A stretch of 64,000 nucleotides of DNA from Collinsella sp. Lineage in GTDB: Bacteria > Actinomycetota > Coriobacteriia > Coriobacteriales > Coriobacteriaceae. The stretch spans positions 29,319 through 93,318 of the forward strand of contig JAGZDZ010000002.1 of the NCBI GenBank assembly GCA_018368535.1, written 5' to 3'. The notes under the pieces are model-generated. The model made no database searches. It was not told where the DNA came from and was given only the letters and a program-made list of their open reading frames with translations. Both the position numbers and the translations under genes were made by a program. This document shows, in pieces, positions 21,468 through 29,551 of this stretch; the first letter of the stretch is position 1, and every line of letters starts with the position of its first letter.

Positions 21468-22184
21468 CTACTCCGCCAGTTCCCACCCGGCTGGGTAGGA
21501 ATCCGGCGACCACGTGTTTCCGTCTATCTTCGATGTGTAGATGGGACCGGATTCGTCAGGGTAATGCACTTGGTCTCCCGTGTTGTACGCATCGTGCGCT
21601 CCGGTCGGCTGCTGCCAGACGGGGATGCTGTCGCCGGCGAGCGTGATCTTCGTGTACAGGCTCTCGGTCCCGGCTCCCGGCTTCCACTGCTCCTGCGATG
21701 TGTGCGCCTGTGCAACGCGATAGATGTCGCCGTCGTACGAGAGCAGTTCGCCTTGGATGTAGCTCTTCCCGATCTCGAAGGGCGGGATGAGGCTCGAAAC
21801 GCTGATGACCTGCTCGTCTGTCAGGTTGATCGCCATGGTCTGGATGGAGAGCGTCGCGGCCGTGCGAAGCTGCGCGAGCTGCGGCGCTGCGGCGCTGAAT
21901 GTCTTGGCGATGGTCTCCAACGCCTTGATGCGCTCGTCCTGCGGGGTCTCCGCTGCTTCCGCCTCGTCCCACAGCTCATCGAAGGAAGCCTCCGCCTCCT
22001 CCTGCGTGATGGCCTTGACGAGATGCACCTCGTCGGCGACCCACTGCTCGCGCTGCTCGCCGGAGGACTCGTCCTCGATCGTCTCCTTGGTGATGTTCTT
22101 GCGGAGCCAAACGTCCGCCTGCCCGTCTGGGCGCTGCTCGATTTTAACGGCGTCGAGCGGTGTCGCCGAAACTGTTTCCTGCAT
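21468..22184 (-). CDS. hypothetical phage protein with C-terminal CBM5/12-like carbohydrate-binding module
   Basis: C-terminal WQQPTGAHDAYNTGDQVHYPDESGPIYTSKIDGNTWSPDSYPAGWEL matches the W...Y..GD.V.Y.G.Y...N.W.P pattern. Confidence 0.45.
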   Translation of the reverse strand: MQETVSATPLDAVKIEQRPDGQADVWLRKNITKETIEDESSGEQREQWVADEVHLVKAITQEEAEASFDELWDEAEAAETPQDERIKALETIAKTFSAAAPQLAQLRTAATLSIQTMAINLTDEQVISVSSLIPPFEIGKSYIQGELLSYDGDIYRVAQAHTSQEQWKPGAGTESLYTKITLAGDSIPVWQQPTGAHDAYNTGDQVHYPDESGPIYTSKIDGNTWSPDSYPAGWELAE

Positions 22185-23235
22185 GCGCGCTCCTCGATAC
22201 GTATCGCCTTGCGGCTCGCATCGTAGCGTGCATGTCGTTTCTCGCGATGAGGTCGTCGCAGTCCGCGTGCTTGAAGTAGCCCATGTAGCTCGTGACGCGG
22301 CGCGCCCTGCGCAGGCACGGCTTCCTGTCGAACCTCCGGAACGCGCGCATGCCGCGCAGGAACGTGCCGGCGCGCACCTCGACGTGCGACGGCCTCACGA
22401 CGTAGCCCGCCATGTCGATGGGCTCGTCCTCTCCGACGCGGCATATCTTCCACGGCTTGAGCTCAAGGTGCAGCTCCTCGCGCATGTACTTCTCAAGGGA
22501 GCGCGCCGCAGCCTTGAGGTCGCGCTTGTCGTTGGACATCAGAAGCACATCGTCCATGTACCAGAGCTGATGCGCAACCAGCGCCCGTTTCTTTCCACGC
22601 CTTTCCTTGTGCAGGCTTTCGACGTGGTGGTATGCGAACGATAGGACGAGCTGTTCGGCGCGGAGCGAGAAGTAGCTCCCGATTTCAAGGCCGCCGCCCG
22701 TGTAGGTGGCGAGCAGGGACTCGATGCAGTAGAGAACGTCAGCCGACGCGACGTACTTGCGGAAGATTCCGAGAACGATGCCGTGCTCGGTCGAGGGGTA
22801 GCACTTCCGAACGTCCATTTTGACAAAGAAGCGCGGACCCCCCCCTGTCACCCATCTGCGGATGGTGCGCATGGTGAAGGTAGCGCCCTTGCCCTTGACG
22901 CTCGATGCCTGGTAGTAGCCGACCCTCGCGTTGAGGAAGTCGGCGCAGCAGTGTACCACGACGTAATCGACCAGCTGCTGCTTGACCGACGAGACACCGA
23001 TAGTGCGGACTTTGCCGTTCGTCGGCTCGATGTGGTCGTAGCGATGGATGGGCTCGAACTTGAGACGCCTCTCCGCGATCTCGCGGGTCACCTCGTCTAT
23101 GAGGTTGTCCAGGCTCCCGTACTCGTGGGCGATGCGCCACGCGTTCTTCTTGCCGGCAGGAGCCTCGCGCCATTCGTGATACGCCTCCTCCACGATGGCG
23201 CGGTCTATCGTGAGGCCCCTGCAATACGTCTTCAT
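22144..23235 (-). CDS. diversity-generating retroelement (DGR) reverse transcriptase
   Basis: RT motifs including catalytic YMDD (HQLWYMDDVLLM). Length 363 aa. Lies immediately 3' of the TR/VR repeat pair. Confidence 0.8.
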   Translation of the reverse strand: MKTYCRGLTIDRAIVEEAYHEWREAPAGKKNAWRIAHEYGSLDNLIDEVTREIAERRLKFEPIHRYDHIEPTNGKVRTIGVSSVKQQLVDYVVVHCCADFLNARVGYYQASSVKGKGATFTMRTIRRWVTGGGPRFFVKMDVRKCYPSTEHGIVLGIFRKYVASADVLYCIESLLATYTGGGLEIGSYFSLRAEQLVLSFAYHHVESLHKERRGKKRALVAHQLWYMDDVLLMSNDKRDLKAAARSLEKYMREELHLELKPWKICRVGEDEPIDMAGYVVRPSHVEVRAGTFLRGMRAFRRFDRKPCLRRARRVTSYMGYFKHADCDDLIARNDMHATMRAARRYVSRSAHAGNSFGDTARRR

Positions 23236-23393
23236 TCCGACCGTGTACCTCTCTGGTTGCCGTCCGAGCGTTCGCTTGTGCTACCAGCCCAGTGGTCGTG
23301 GCCATTTTCGTCGGTTGACGAGGCATGCCCGCTGCCGTCCGCGAGCGGAGGGCGCGGGTAGACGCGGCGTAATGAGAGCGAGGCGCATGTCAA

Positions 23394-23504
23394 CCAGATT
23401 GGCGCGACCCGATGTTCCACCTGGCGTTCGACAGGGCGTTGTTGCCGTTGACGTACCACAAGCCCGCATTCGAGCCGTTGTTCAAGTTGCCCAGAGCGTG
23501 GAAC
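23394..23504 (-). repeat. DGR template repeat (TR), 111 nt
   Basis: 100/111 identical to VR. All 11 mismatches are A in TR on the coding (minus) strand. 8 of them lie in TR AAC/AAT codon triplets. Confidence 0.8.
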
Positions 23505-23558
23505 AGAAGAACATCGGGAGCCGTCGCCGCGAATCCCTGGGCGTGATTATACCCTTTA

Positions 23559-23579
23559 AGAGGGGGCTTCGCCCCCTCT
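23559..23579 (-). promoter_or_regulatory. GC-rich stem-loop (AGAGGGGGC-ttc-GCCCCCTCT) 15 nt downstream of the DGR target stop, between VR and TR
   Basis: Perfect 9-bp GC stem. Position matches the hairpin found 3' of VR in characterised DGRs. Confidence 0.55.
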
Positions 23580-23593
23580 CGCCTTGCGGCGAT

Positions 23594-25135
23594 TCACCCC
23601 CTTGAGCGACCAGTGCCAGAGAGGCGCGACCCGATGCTCCACCGGGCGTACGACAGGGCGCTGCTGCCGCTGACGTACCACAAGCCCGCATCCGAGCCGA
23701 TGATCAAGTTGCCCAGAGCGTGGAACTCTCGCTCCGCGTTGGTCGTCTGGGCGTGCGTGTACGTGCCGTCGCACATGCCGGTCGTGGAGGACGCACCCGT
23801 GCCCGTTCCGACGAGCATGCCCTCCGCGTTCGAGAGCCGCGTCGGGTACTTCCAGCCCTCCGACGCGGCGGTGGGGAGGTCAACACCGCTGTCCACGTAG
23901 TCGGAGCTGATGCTCGACGCCTCCTTCTTGGTGTCGTGGAGCACCATGACGTTGCATGCGGAGCCGTCGTACTTGAGGGCGACGCCGCTCATGACCTCGT
24001 ACATGCCCATGGCGGTCTCGACGCCCTGCAGAACGAACGGCTCCTTGCCGTTGGTGCGGGAGGTCGGGGAGCCGTCGCCTTGAACGCCGTCGCAGCATCC
24101 GGTCGGCCACGGTGCGGTGATGACGTAGTTGTTCACCGCGGTGGTCGCGGCTCGGTCGAGCACGATCTTGTCGTTGTTCGAGTCGTAGCTCTCGATGCGC
24201 TTGATGACTCCGTAGTCCAGCACGTCGTGGGCGGCCGCGTTGCCTCGGTCGGTGTTCTGCGTTCCGATCATGACGGCGCTTCCGACCAGGTACCCCGCGC
24301 TTTTCGCAACGATGACGTAGCTCTGGTTGCTTGCGGCGACGGTCACGGGCTTGATGATGTTGTAGCTCGTGCAGCCTTGGAGCACGCTTTGCGAGTTCTT
24401 TGTCGCGTACTTCATCAGGAACATGACCTTGAGGTACCAGTCGTCCGCGATGGTGCGCCCGCTGTAGCCTGTGGTCGCGGTCTTGCAGATGGTGATGAGC
24501 GAGTTGTGCGATACGTCGCGCGTGCGCGGCTGCGCTCCCGAAACGCTCGCAGCGTTGCCCCCGTAGGTCGAGAGGGCGTACTTCGCGTAGAGCATGCAAG
24601 GGCGCAGGCTTCCGTCTGGCAACATGGCTCCGGGCTGCGGGGAGAATCCCGGGAGCTGCGTATCGGAGATTGAGATGACGGTGTACGCTCCGTCATCGTC
24701 GTCCGCGATCTTCCAGAAGAGCACGGGGGCGAGCACCCATACGTTGCCGTTGCCTCCGGTCCTCGCGAACATTCCGTCCCCGCTCATGGCCGTGACGTGC
24801 GGAACGCCGTCGGCGTCAACGGTCGCGTTCACGTCGATGTGGAAGAATGGCGCGAGCGCAGGATACGGGTCGATGGACGCAGCGGAGTTCGTTCCTGGGG
24901 TTGGCACCGCAACGCCGGCGTTCGCGTCAGCCTTCACGCATGCTACCGCGCTGCCGGTCGGCACCTTGATGGAGTAGATGCGTCCGTCCCTCATGGAGCG
25001 AAGCCACTTGTCGATTCCGACGTACTCGCCGGACTCGTCGTTGTAGGTGAGCAGCGAGCCTCGCGCCATCGCCTCAAGCGCGGATGCGATGCGCTGCCCT
25101 GTCTCGTCGCTCATGATGTGCGTCTTGCTTGCCAT
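23594..25135 (-). CDS. DGR target protein: phage tail fibre/receptor-binding candidate with C-terminal variable region
   Basis: 513 aa in the tail module. C-terminal ...LIIGSDAGLWYVSGSSALSYARWSIGSRLS is encoded by the VR. Confidence 0.75.
   Translation of the reverse strand: MASKTHIMSDETGQRIASALEAMARGSLLTYNDESGEYVGIDKWLRSMRDGRIYSIKVPTGSAVACVKADANAGVAVPTPGTNSAASIDPYPALAPFFHIDVNATVDADGVPHVTAMSGDGMFARTGGNGNVWVLAPVLFWKIADDDDGAYTVISISDTQLPGFSPQPGAMLPDGSLRPCMLYAKYALSTYGGNAASVSGAQPRTRDVSHNSLITICKTATTGYSGRTIADDWYLKVMFLMKYATKNSQSVLQGCTSYNIIKPVTVAASNQSYVIVAKSAGYLVGSAVMIGTQNTDRGNAAAHDVLDYGVIKRIESYDSNNDKIVLDRAATTAVNNYVITAPWPTGCCDGVQGDGSPTSRTNGKEPFVLQGVETAMGMYEVMSGVALKYDGSACNVMVLHDTKKEASSISSDYVDSGVDLPTAASEGWKYPTRLSNAEGMLVGTGTGASSTTGMCDGTYTHAQTTNAEREFHALGNLIIGSDAGLWYVSGSSALSYARWSIGSRLSGTGRSRG
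23616..23726 (-). repeat. DGR variable repeat (VR), covering the last ~37 codons of the target gene
   Basis: Matches the TR alignment. The VR ends 19 nt upstream of the target stop codon. Confidence 0.8.
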
Positions 25136-25138
25136 GTT

Positions 25139-26050
25139 CTAGTCCTCTCCTTGGTCGGTTAGCGTCAGGTAGCTGACATCTCCAACGGTCTCGTATTCCA
25201 GGAAGATGGTCTTGTCTGTAGAAACCATCCCTGCTGCGGCTCTCGCCTCTTCCGCTGCCTCGGCAGCGTCATCCGCCGCCATGCTCGCCGATGCCGCTGC
25301 CGTGTTTGCCGTGCCGGCTGCCGTGTTTGCGGCACCTGCCGCAGTATTAGCGGCCCCTGCTGCGGTGTTCGCCGCGTTCGCCGCATCGGTTGCATCGTCT
25401 GCCGCGCTCAAGGCATCGGATGCTGCTCCGTTCGCGCTGCTCGCCGCATCCTCCGCGGCGTCTGCCGCCGAGTTGGCGCTATTTGCGGCCTGCGTCGCCG
25501 CATCCTTCGCGGCGTTGACTGAATCAGCAGCATCGCGCGCCTCTTCCGCCGCATCGGTCGCATCATCCGCCGCGCTGTTCGCCTTGCCTGCGGCTGTGTT
25601 CGCGGAGCTGGTCGCGGTCTGCATTTGCGACTTGATGCTGTTGAGCTGCGAGATTAGAGCTTCCACCTCGGAGATGTAGGCATCTGTCGGAGCATCCGCC
25701 TGCGACTCCGCATCGGGGAGCACGTTTATCCATATGTCGGGCGTTGTCTCGACCTTTCCCCCGACGGTCACGCGGAAGTAGGCGGTCTTGATGACGCCCT
25801 TGGAGGTCAGGAACTTGGGGTCGAGCGTCACGGTCACAGTGCTTCCCGATACGCTTGCCGACTGGTCGGCGTATGTGCGGTCGGGCTTGAGCGCGATGAA
25901 CCGCGCGTTCGTAGCCCCGGTGAGCGCGGACCCGTCTTTCAGCAGGCTCGCCTTGATGATTGTTCCGCTGTCGCCAGTTCGCGCGGTTATTATCTCCGCT
26001 GCGAGTGCGGCAGACTTGTCAACGTCGAGCGTCAGCTCATGCGTTGCCAT
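25139..26050 (-). CDS. phage tail/baseplate-associated protein with Ala-rich coiled-coil repeats
   Basis: N-terminal beta-rich domain, then AANTAAGAANTAAG repeats. Position between Tal and the DGR target. Confidence 0.5.
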   Translation of the reverse strand: MATHELTLDVDKSAALAAEIITARTGDSGTIIKASLLKDGSALTGATNARFIALKPDRTYADQSASVSGSTVTVTLDPKFLTSKGVIKTAYFRVTVGGKVETTPDIWINVLPDAESQADAPTDAYISEVEALISQLNSIKSQMQTATSSANTAAGKANSAADDATDAAEEARDAADSVNAAKDAATQAANSANSAADAAEDAASSANGAASDALSAADDATDAANAANTAAGAANTAAGAANTAAGTANTAAASASMAADDAAEAAEEARAAAGMVSTDKTIFLEYETVGDVSYLTLTDQGED

Positions 26051-26264
26051 CGCTTGCTCCTTTCATGAGTTTCGCAGCAGCTTCGTTTAGAGCTGCGGCT
26101 TCCGTTGGTTCCATGAGGGTTGCCATGGCCATGGCCATTGAAGCGAACGCTTCCGCAAGAGATGAGTCGCTGGATGAGACAGCTGCTTTCGTGCCAGACT
26201 CCTTGGCGGTAGGTTGATCTTCGTATGTTGGTTCAGGCGTTTCTTTCGGCTCTCTGTATTCCAC
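26037..26264 (-). CDS. hypothetical small phage protein
   Basis: 75-aa ORF in the operon, short overlap with its neighbours. Confidence 0.35.
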   Translation of the reverse strand: MEYREPKETPEPTYEDQPTAKESGTKAAVSSSDSSLAEAFASMAMAMATLMEPTEAAALNEAAAKLMKGASDGNA

Positions 26265-26273
26265 TTTGCTCCC

Positions 26274-28838
26274 TTACGTTGGCCAACTTGTGCATATACC
26301 GTTTATGAAATTGACGGTCCCGTACCGCCAGTTGATTCCGCCATCGTCGCGTCCTGTAATAGAAAGCACGACGCTTCTCGACCCGGTTATCCCGTATGTG
26401 CCACCAGAGTTCGGGTCAGTACCTACCGCGAACTTCGGAGCCCTGATGCGAGCGGTTCCCGTGCTGTCGATGTCGAGACGGCTGTCGTCTATGTAAACCT
26501 GATCGTCGTCGCTGTTGCGCAGAGCGACGTATCCGACGCCTCCTCCGCTGCTGCCAGAAGCCCGCATGTAAAGTTCTTGAGGTGGTTGGCTCATGTATCC
26601 CTTGTATACGGGTGGGTGCAGCCACAGCTGTCGGTAGTACCTGTTTGCGTGGAGGAAGCCGTAGTCTAGAGTCGACATCCCGCAGCCGTCCGTCGAGGAG
26701 GGGTCAGTGCTGTCGACCGCATGAACCGCTTCGATCTCGAAGTAGTTGGTGCTCCCCTTGATGAACGACGCTCCGGAGTTTCCGCTCACGGTTGTCCCGG
26801 TAGTGATGTAGTTGGACGAAGATGTGCCAACCATGTTGCATCGGAACATCGCCGTCCCATCGCTCATGATGACTGTGCCCGCGATGATCCGGTTTCCGCT
26901 GTCTCGAATCTGGAAGCCATTCGTGGCGTTGATGTATACCTTGTTTCCGTTGCTGTCCGTTATGAGGATGTTTCCGCTGCGCAGATATACCGTTCCGCTA
27001 TCGAGGTCGAGGTAGCTGTTGTCTCCGATGAGGACCCTTCCCACCAGCCTGTTCGCGACGATTCCGTCTCCGTCGATGGCGGTCTGGAACACCCAGTTCC
27101 CTGCGGAGTTCTTGCTGTTGGCCACGCCGATGACGCCGCCGCCTATCTTCACGCACTTGGTTGCGTTGGGTGGCTTGAGGTCGTAGACCATGATGCCCTG
27201 GCCGGGCTCCTCGTACACCCAACCGCCGGTCGTGTTGAGCTCGGAGTTGAGCATGTCGACGATCTGATCTCGGATGTCGTCCGGAACCTTCGCGAGGTTC
27301 GCCTCAAGGGCATCGATGGCGTTCGTCGCCGCATCGAGCGATGCATCGAGGGCGTCTGTTATGGATTCAAGGTACTGCTTGTTCGCCTCGTCTATGGCTT
27401 TAAGCGTTTCCTCGCTCTGCTCGATCTTCGTGTTGGTGTAGAGCTTCAAGACCTCCTCAAGGTCGAGCATGCCATCGTCGGCATACTTCTTGAGCAGGTC
27501 TTCGAGGGTGCTGTCACCGTTGGCGGCGTACTCCTTGAGAGCGGTGTCGAGCTCGTCGGCTATGTCGTCGGTGTAGTCTTTGGCCTCCTGCTGCGCGCTG
27601 TCGGCCTTGCCGCTCGCGAACGCCTCAAGGTACGCCTGCGTTTGCGTGAGGTTCGCTCCCCACATGCTCGAAGCTGCGGAGTTTGATGCGTTCACTGCGT
27701 TGGTGATGGTCTGCTTGAGGTTTGAGGTCGCCTTCGAGATGTTCGACTTCTGCGCGGCGAGTATTTCCCCGACCGTCTGGAAGTTCCCGATGGTGTACGT
27801 CGCCTTGCCATCAACGAGCTGGTCTTCCTCCACCTTGGTGATGCGCGCCTGCACGCGCAGGGGAGGGTCGTACACCTTGTCGATGATGGTGACGGTATCG
27901 CCCTCGTCGGCTCCCTCGAAGCCCTCGCCCGCCCTCGCGAGCGATATGGCGTCGACCTCGTAGGAGACCGTCGGCGTGCATCGGCTCTTGAGCTCTTCCT
28001 TCGTGAGGGTAAGCAGCTCGCTCTGGTCCTCGCAGTCCTCGAACTCCACGTCGCCGAAGACGTGCGCCTTGCCGCCGTTCCCGTCGGGCCGTCCCCAGCG
28101 GGCGAGGGCGTCGGCGTCTCCGACCCAGTTCTGCCCGCCGTTGACATCTCCGAAGGTGAGCTTGCGCTCGTAACCTCCCGTGAGGTTGCCTTCTTCGTCT
28201 GTGTTCTCCGGTGCCTTGCCGTACCCGTAGAGGGCGGTGCATACGTTGCCCTCGTCAACCTCGCGCGTGACGCTCACTAGGTCCTTGGTGTACGTGAAAC
28301 GCTTGCCGGTGTCTGTGCCAACGCGCTCTCGCAGATGCACGCGTCTGGCGGTGACCTTGCTGCCCGAGACCGCGATCTCGAACTCAAGCTCTCCGCCCCA
28401 CGTGTCTGCGACATCGTGGATGGCGGCCCATGCGTTCGTGTGGTAGAAGTTCGTGCCGTTCTGCCCGAGGTTGTCAACCGTTCCGACGGTCCATCGGCTC
28501 GCGGACAGGGCGGAGGACGTGGCGACGCTCGCCGTCGTGTCCAGCGGTCTCTTGTCTTCGAGGTAGTCTCCCGACAGCTCGACCTGCGCCGAACTCGGGC
28601 AGTAGTAGGTGTAGACGATTCCCGCGCTCGCGCGCTCCTCGGTCACGCCGTCCACGATGTTCTCGCGCCAGCGTCCCTTCTTGTCCTGCCATACGATTCG
28701 GTCGCCCTTCTCAAGCACTGCGAGACACGTGATTGACAGGCTGTTCTCGCCGTTCACCTCGCGCGTGTCGATGCACTCGAATAGCGTCTTGATGGGGCCC
28801 TTGAAGACCTCCCATCTGTCTGTGACCCAAAGCCTCAT
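26274..28838 (-). CDS. tail-associated protein (Tal/prophage-tail endopeptidase family-like), 854 aa
   Basis: Canonical position after Dit. The N-terminal domain resembles the prophage tail N-terminal domain. Confidence 0.6.
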   Translation of the reverse strand: MRLWVTDRWEVFKGPIKTLFECIDTREVNGENSLSITCLAVLEKGDRIVWQDKKGRWRENIVDGVTEERASAGIVYTYYCPSSAQVELSGDYLEDKRPLDTTASVATSSALSASRWTVGTVDNLGQNGTNFYHTNAWAAIHDVADTWGGELEFEIAVSGSKVTARRVHLRERVGTDTGKRFTYTKDLVSVTREVDEGNVCTALYGYGKAPENTDEEGNLTGGYERKLTFGDVNGGQNWVGDADALARWGRPDGNGGKAHVFGDVEFEDCEDQSELLTLTKEELKSRCTPTVSYEVDAISLARAGEGFEGADEGDTVTIIDKVYDPPLRVQARITKVEEDQLVDGKATYTIGNFQTVGEILAAQKSNISKATSNLKQTITNAVNASNSAASSMWGANLTQTQAYLEAFASGKADSAQQEAKDYTDDIADELDTALKEYAANGDSTLEDLLKKYADDGMLDLEEVLKLYTNTKIEQSEETLKAIDEANKQYLESITDALDASLDAATNAIDALEANLAKVPDDIRDQIVDMLNSELNTTGGWVYEEPGQGIMVYDLKPPNATKCVKIGGGVIGVANSKNSAGNWVFQTAIDGDGIVANRLVGRVLIGDNSYLDLDSGTVYLRSGNILITDSNGNKVYINATNGFQIRDSGNRIIAGTVIMSDGTAMFRCNMVGTSSSNYITTGTTVSGNSGASFIKGSTNYFEIEAVHAVDSTDPSSTDGCGMSTLDYGFLHANRYYRQLWLHPPVYKGYMSQPPQELYMRASGSSGGGVGYVALRNSDDDQVYIDDSRLDIDSTGTARIRAPKFAVGTDPNSGGTYGITGSRSVVLSITGRDDGGINWRYGTVNFINGICTSWPT

Positions 28839-29551
28839 CAGCCTACGTGCCTCTCATCCCACTCGATGGTTCCCGAACCGCTGGACAGCCGCAGGCTGTT
28901 GCGCCCAGGCTGCAGCGCGAAGTAGTCGCTGTCGTATGTGACCGCCTGGTTCTGCCCGTTGACGGTCGTCTGCTCCTCGCCCATGTCGATGATCACGGCG
29001 GAGGAAGAGGCGAGCGATGCGTTGATCTGGACGAACTCACCCGTGTCCATGTTCGTGAGCTTGAGGTAGCTCACGGAGCCGCCGGGCTTGCACGTGATGA
29101 CCGGCCTCGTCTCGTAGGAGCCTCCCACTGCCAGCGAGGTGTTGTATCCGACGCTGCCCTTGTGGTGGGCTCCGTATGCGATGGGGTCGTACGCCGTGAA
29201 CTCAAGCTCTGCGGAGCCGGTGTGCCATAGGTTGTCCAGTTCCTTCGGCGAGGTCAGCACCGCCATGTAGTAGATGCCCAGATGGCGCTCGTCATCGAGG
29301 TAGAGCGGGGCCTCTTTGAGGCATAGCAGCCTCGCCGCCATCGTGCGGCGAAGCACCGCCATGTCGTCGGAAGGACGCGCCCGCCACTCTGCGCGCACCG
29401 TGATGGTGAGCGGTTTCATCTTCGCCCGCATGAACCGCTCGCCGGGTCGGTACGGCACGTTCTGCGTCTCGACATCGTATTCGGGGAGCAGGGAGCGCGT
29501 GATGAGCTTTGTCTTGAACCAGGGGGAGAAGTCGAATCCGTTGTATATCAC
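28838..29551 (-). CDS. distal tail protein (Dit, Sipho_tail family)
   Basis: 237 aa, position between the tape measure protein and Tal. Confidence 0.6.
   Translation of the reverse strand: MIYNGFDFSPWFKTKLITRSLLPEYDVETQNVPYRPGERFMRAKMKPLTITVRAEWRARPSDDMAVLRRTMAARLLCLKEAPLYLDDERHLGIYYMAVLTSPKELDNLWHTGSAELEFTAYDPIAYGAHHKGSVGYNTSLAVGGSYETRPVITCKPGGSVSYLKLTNMDTGEFVQINASLASSSAVIIDMGEEQTTVNGQNQAVTYDSDYFALQPGRNSLRLSSGSGTIEWDERHVG

Noticed and set aside
23281-23691. Two ORFs starting MRACGTS... (23281-23469 and 23482-23691)
   Set aside because: They are out-of-frame translations of the DGR TR and VR. Their similarity merely reflects the repeat, not paralogous genes.
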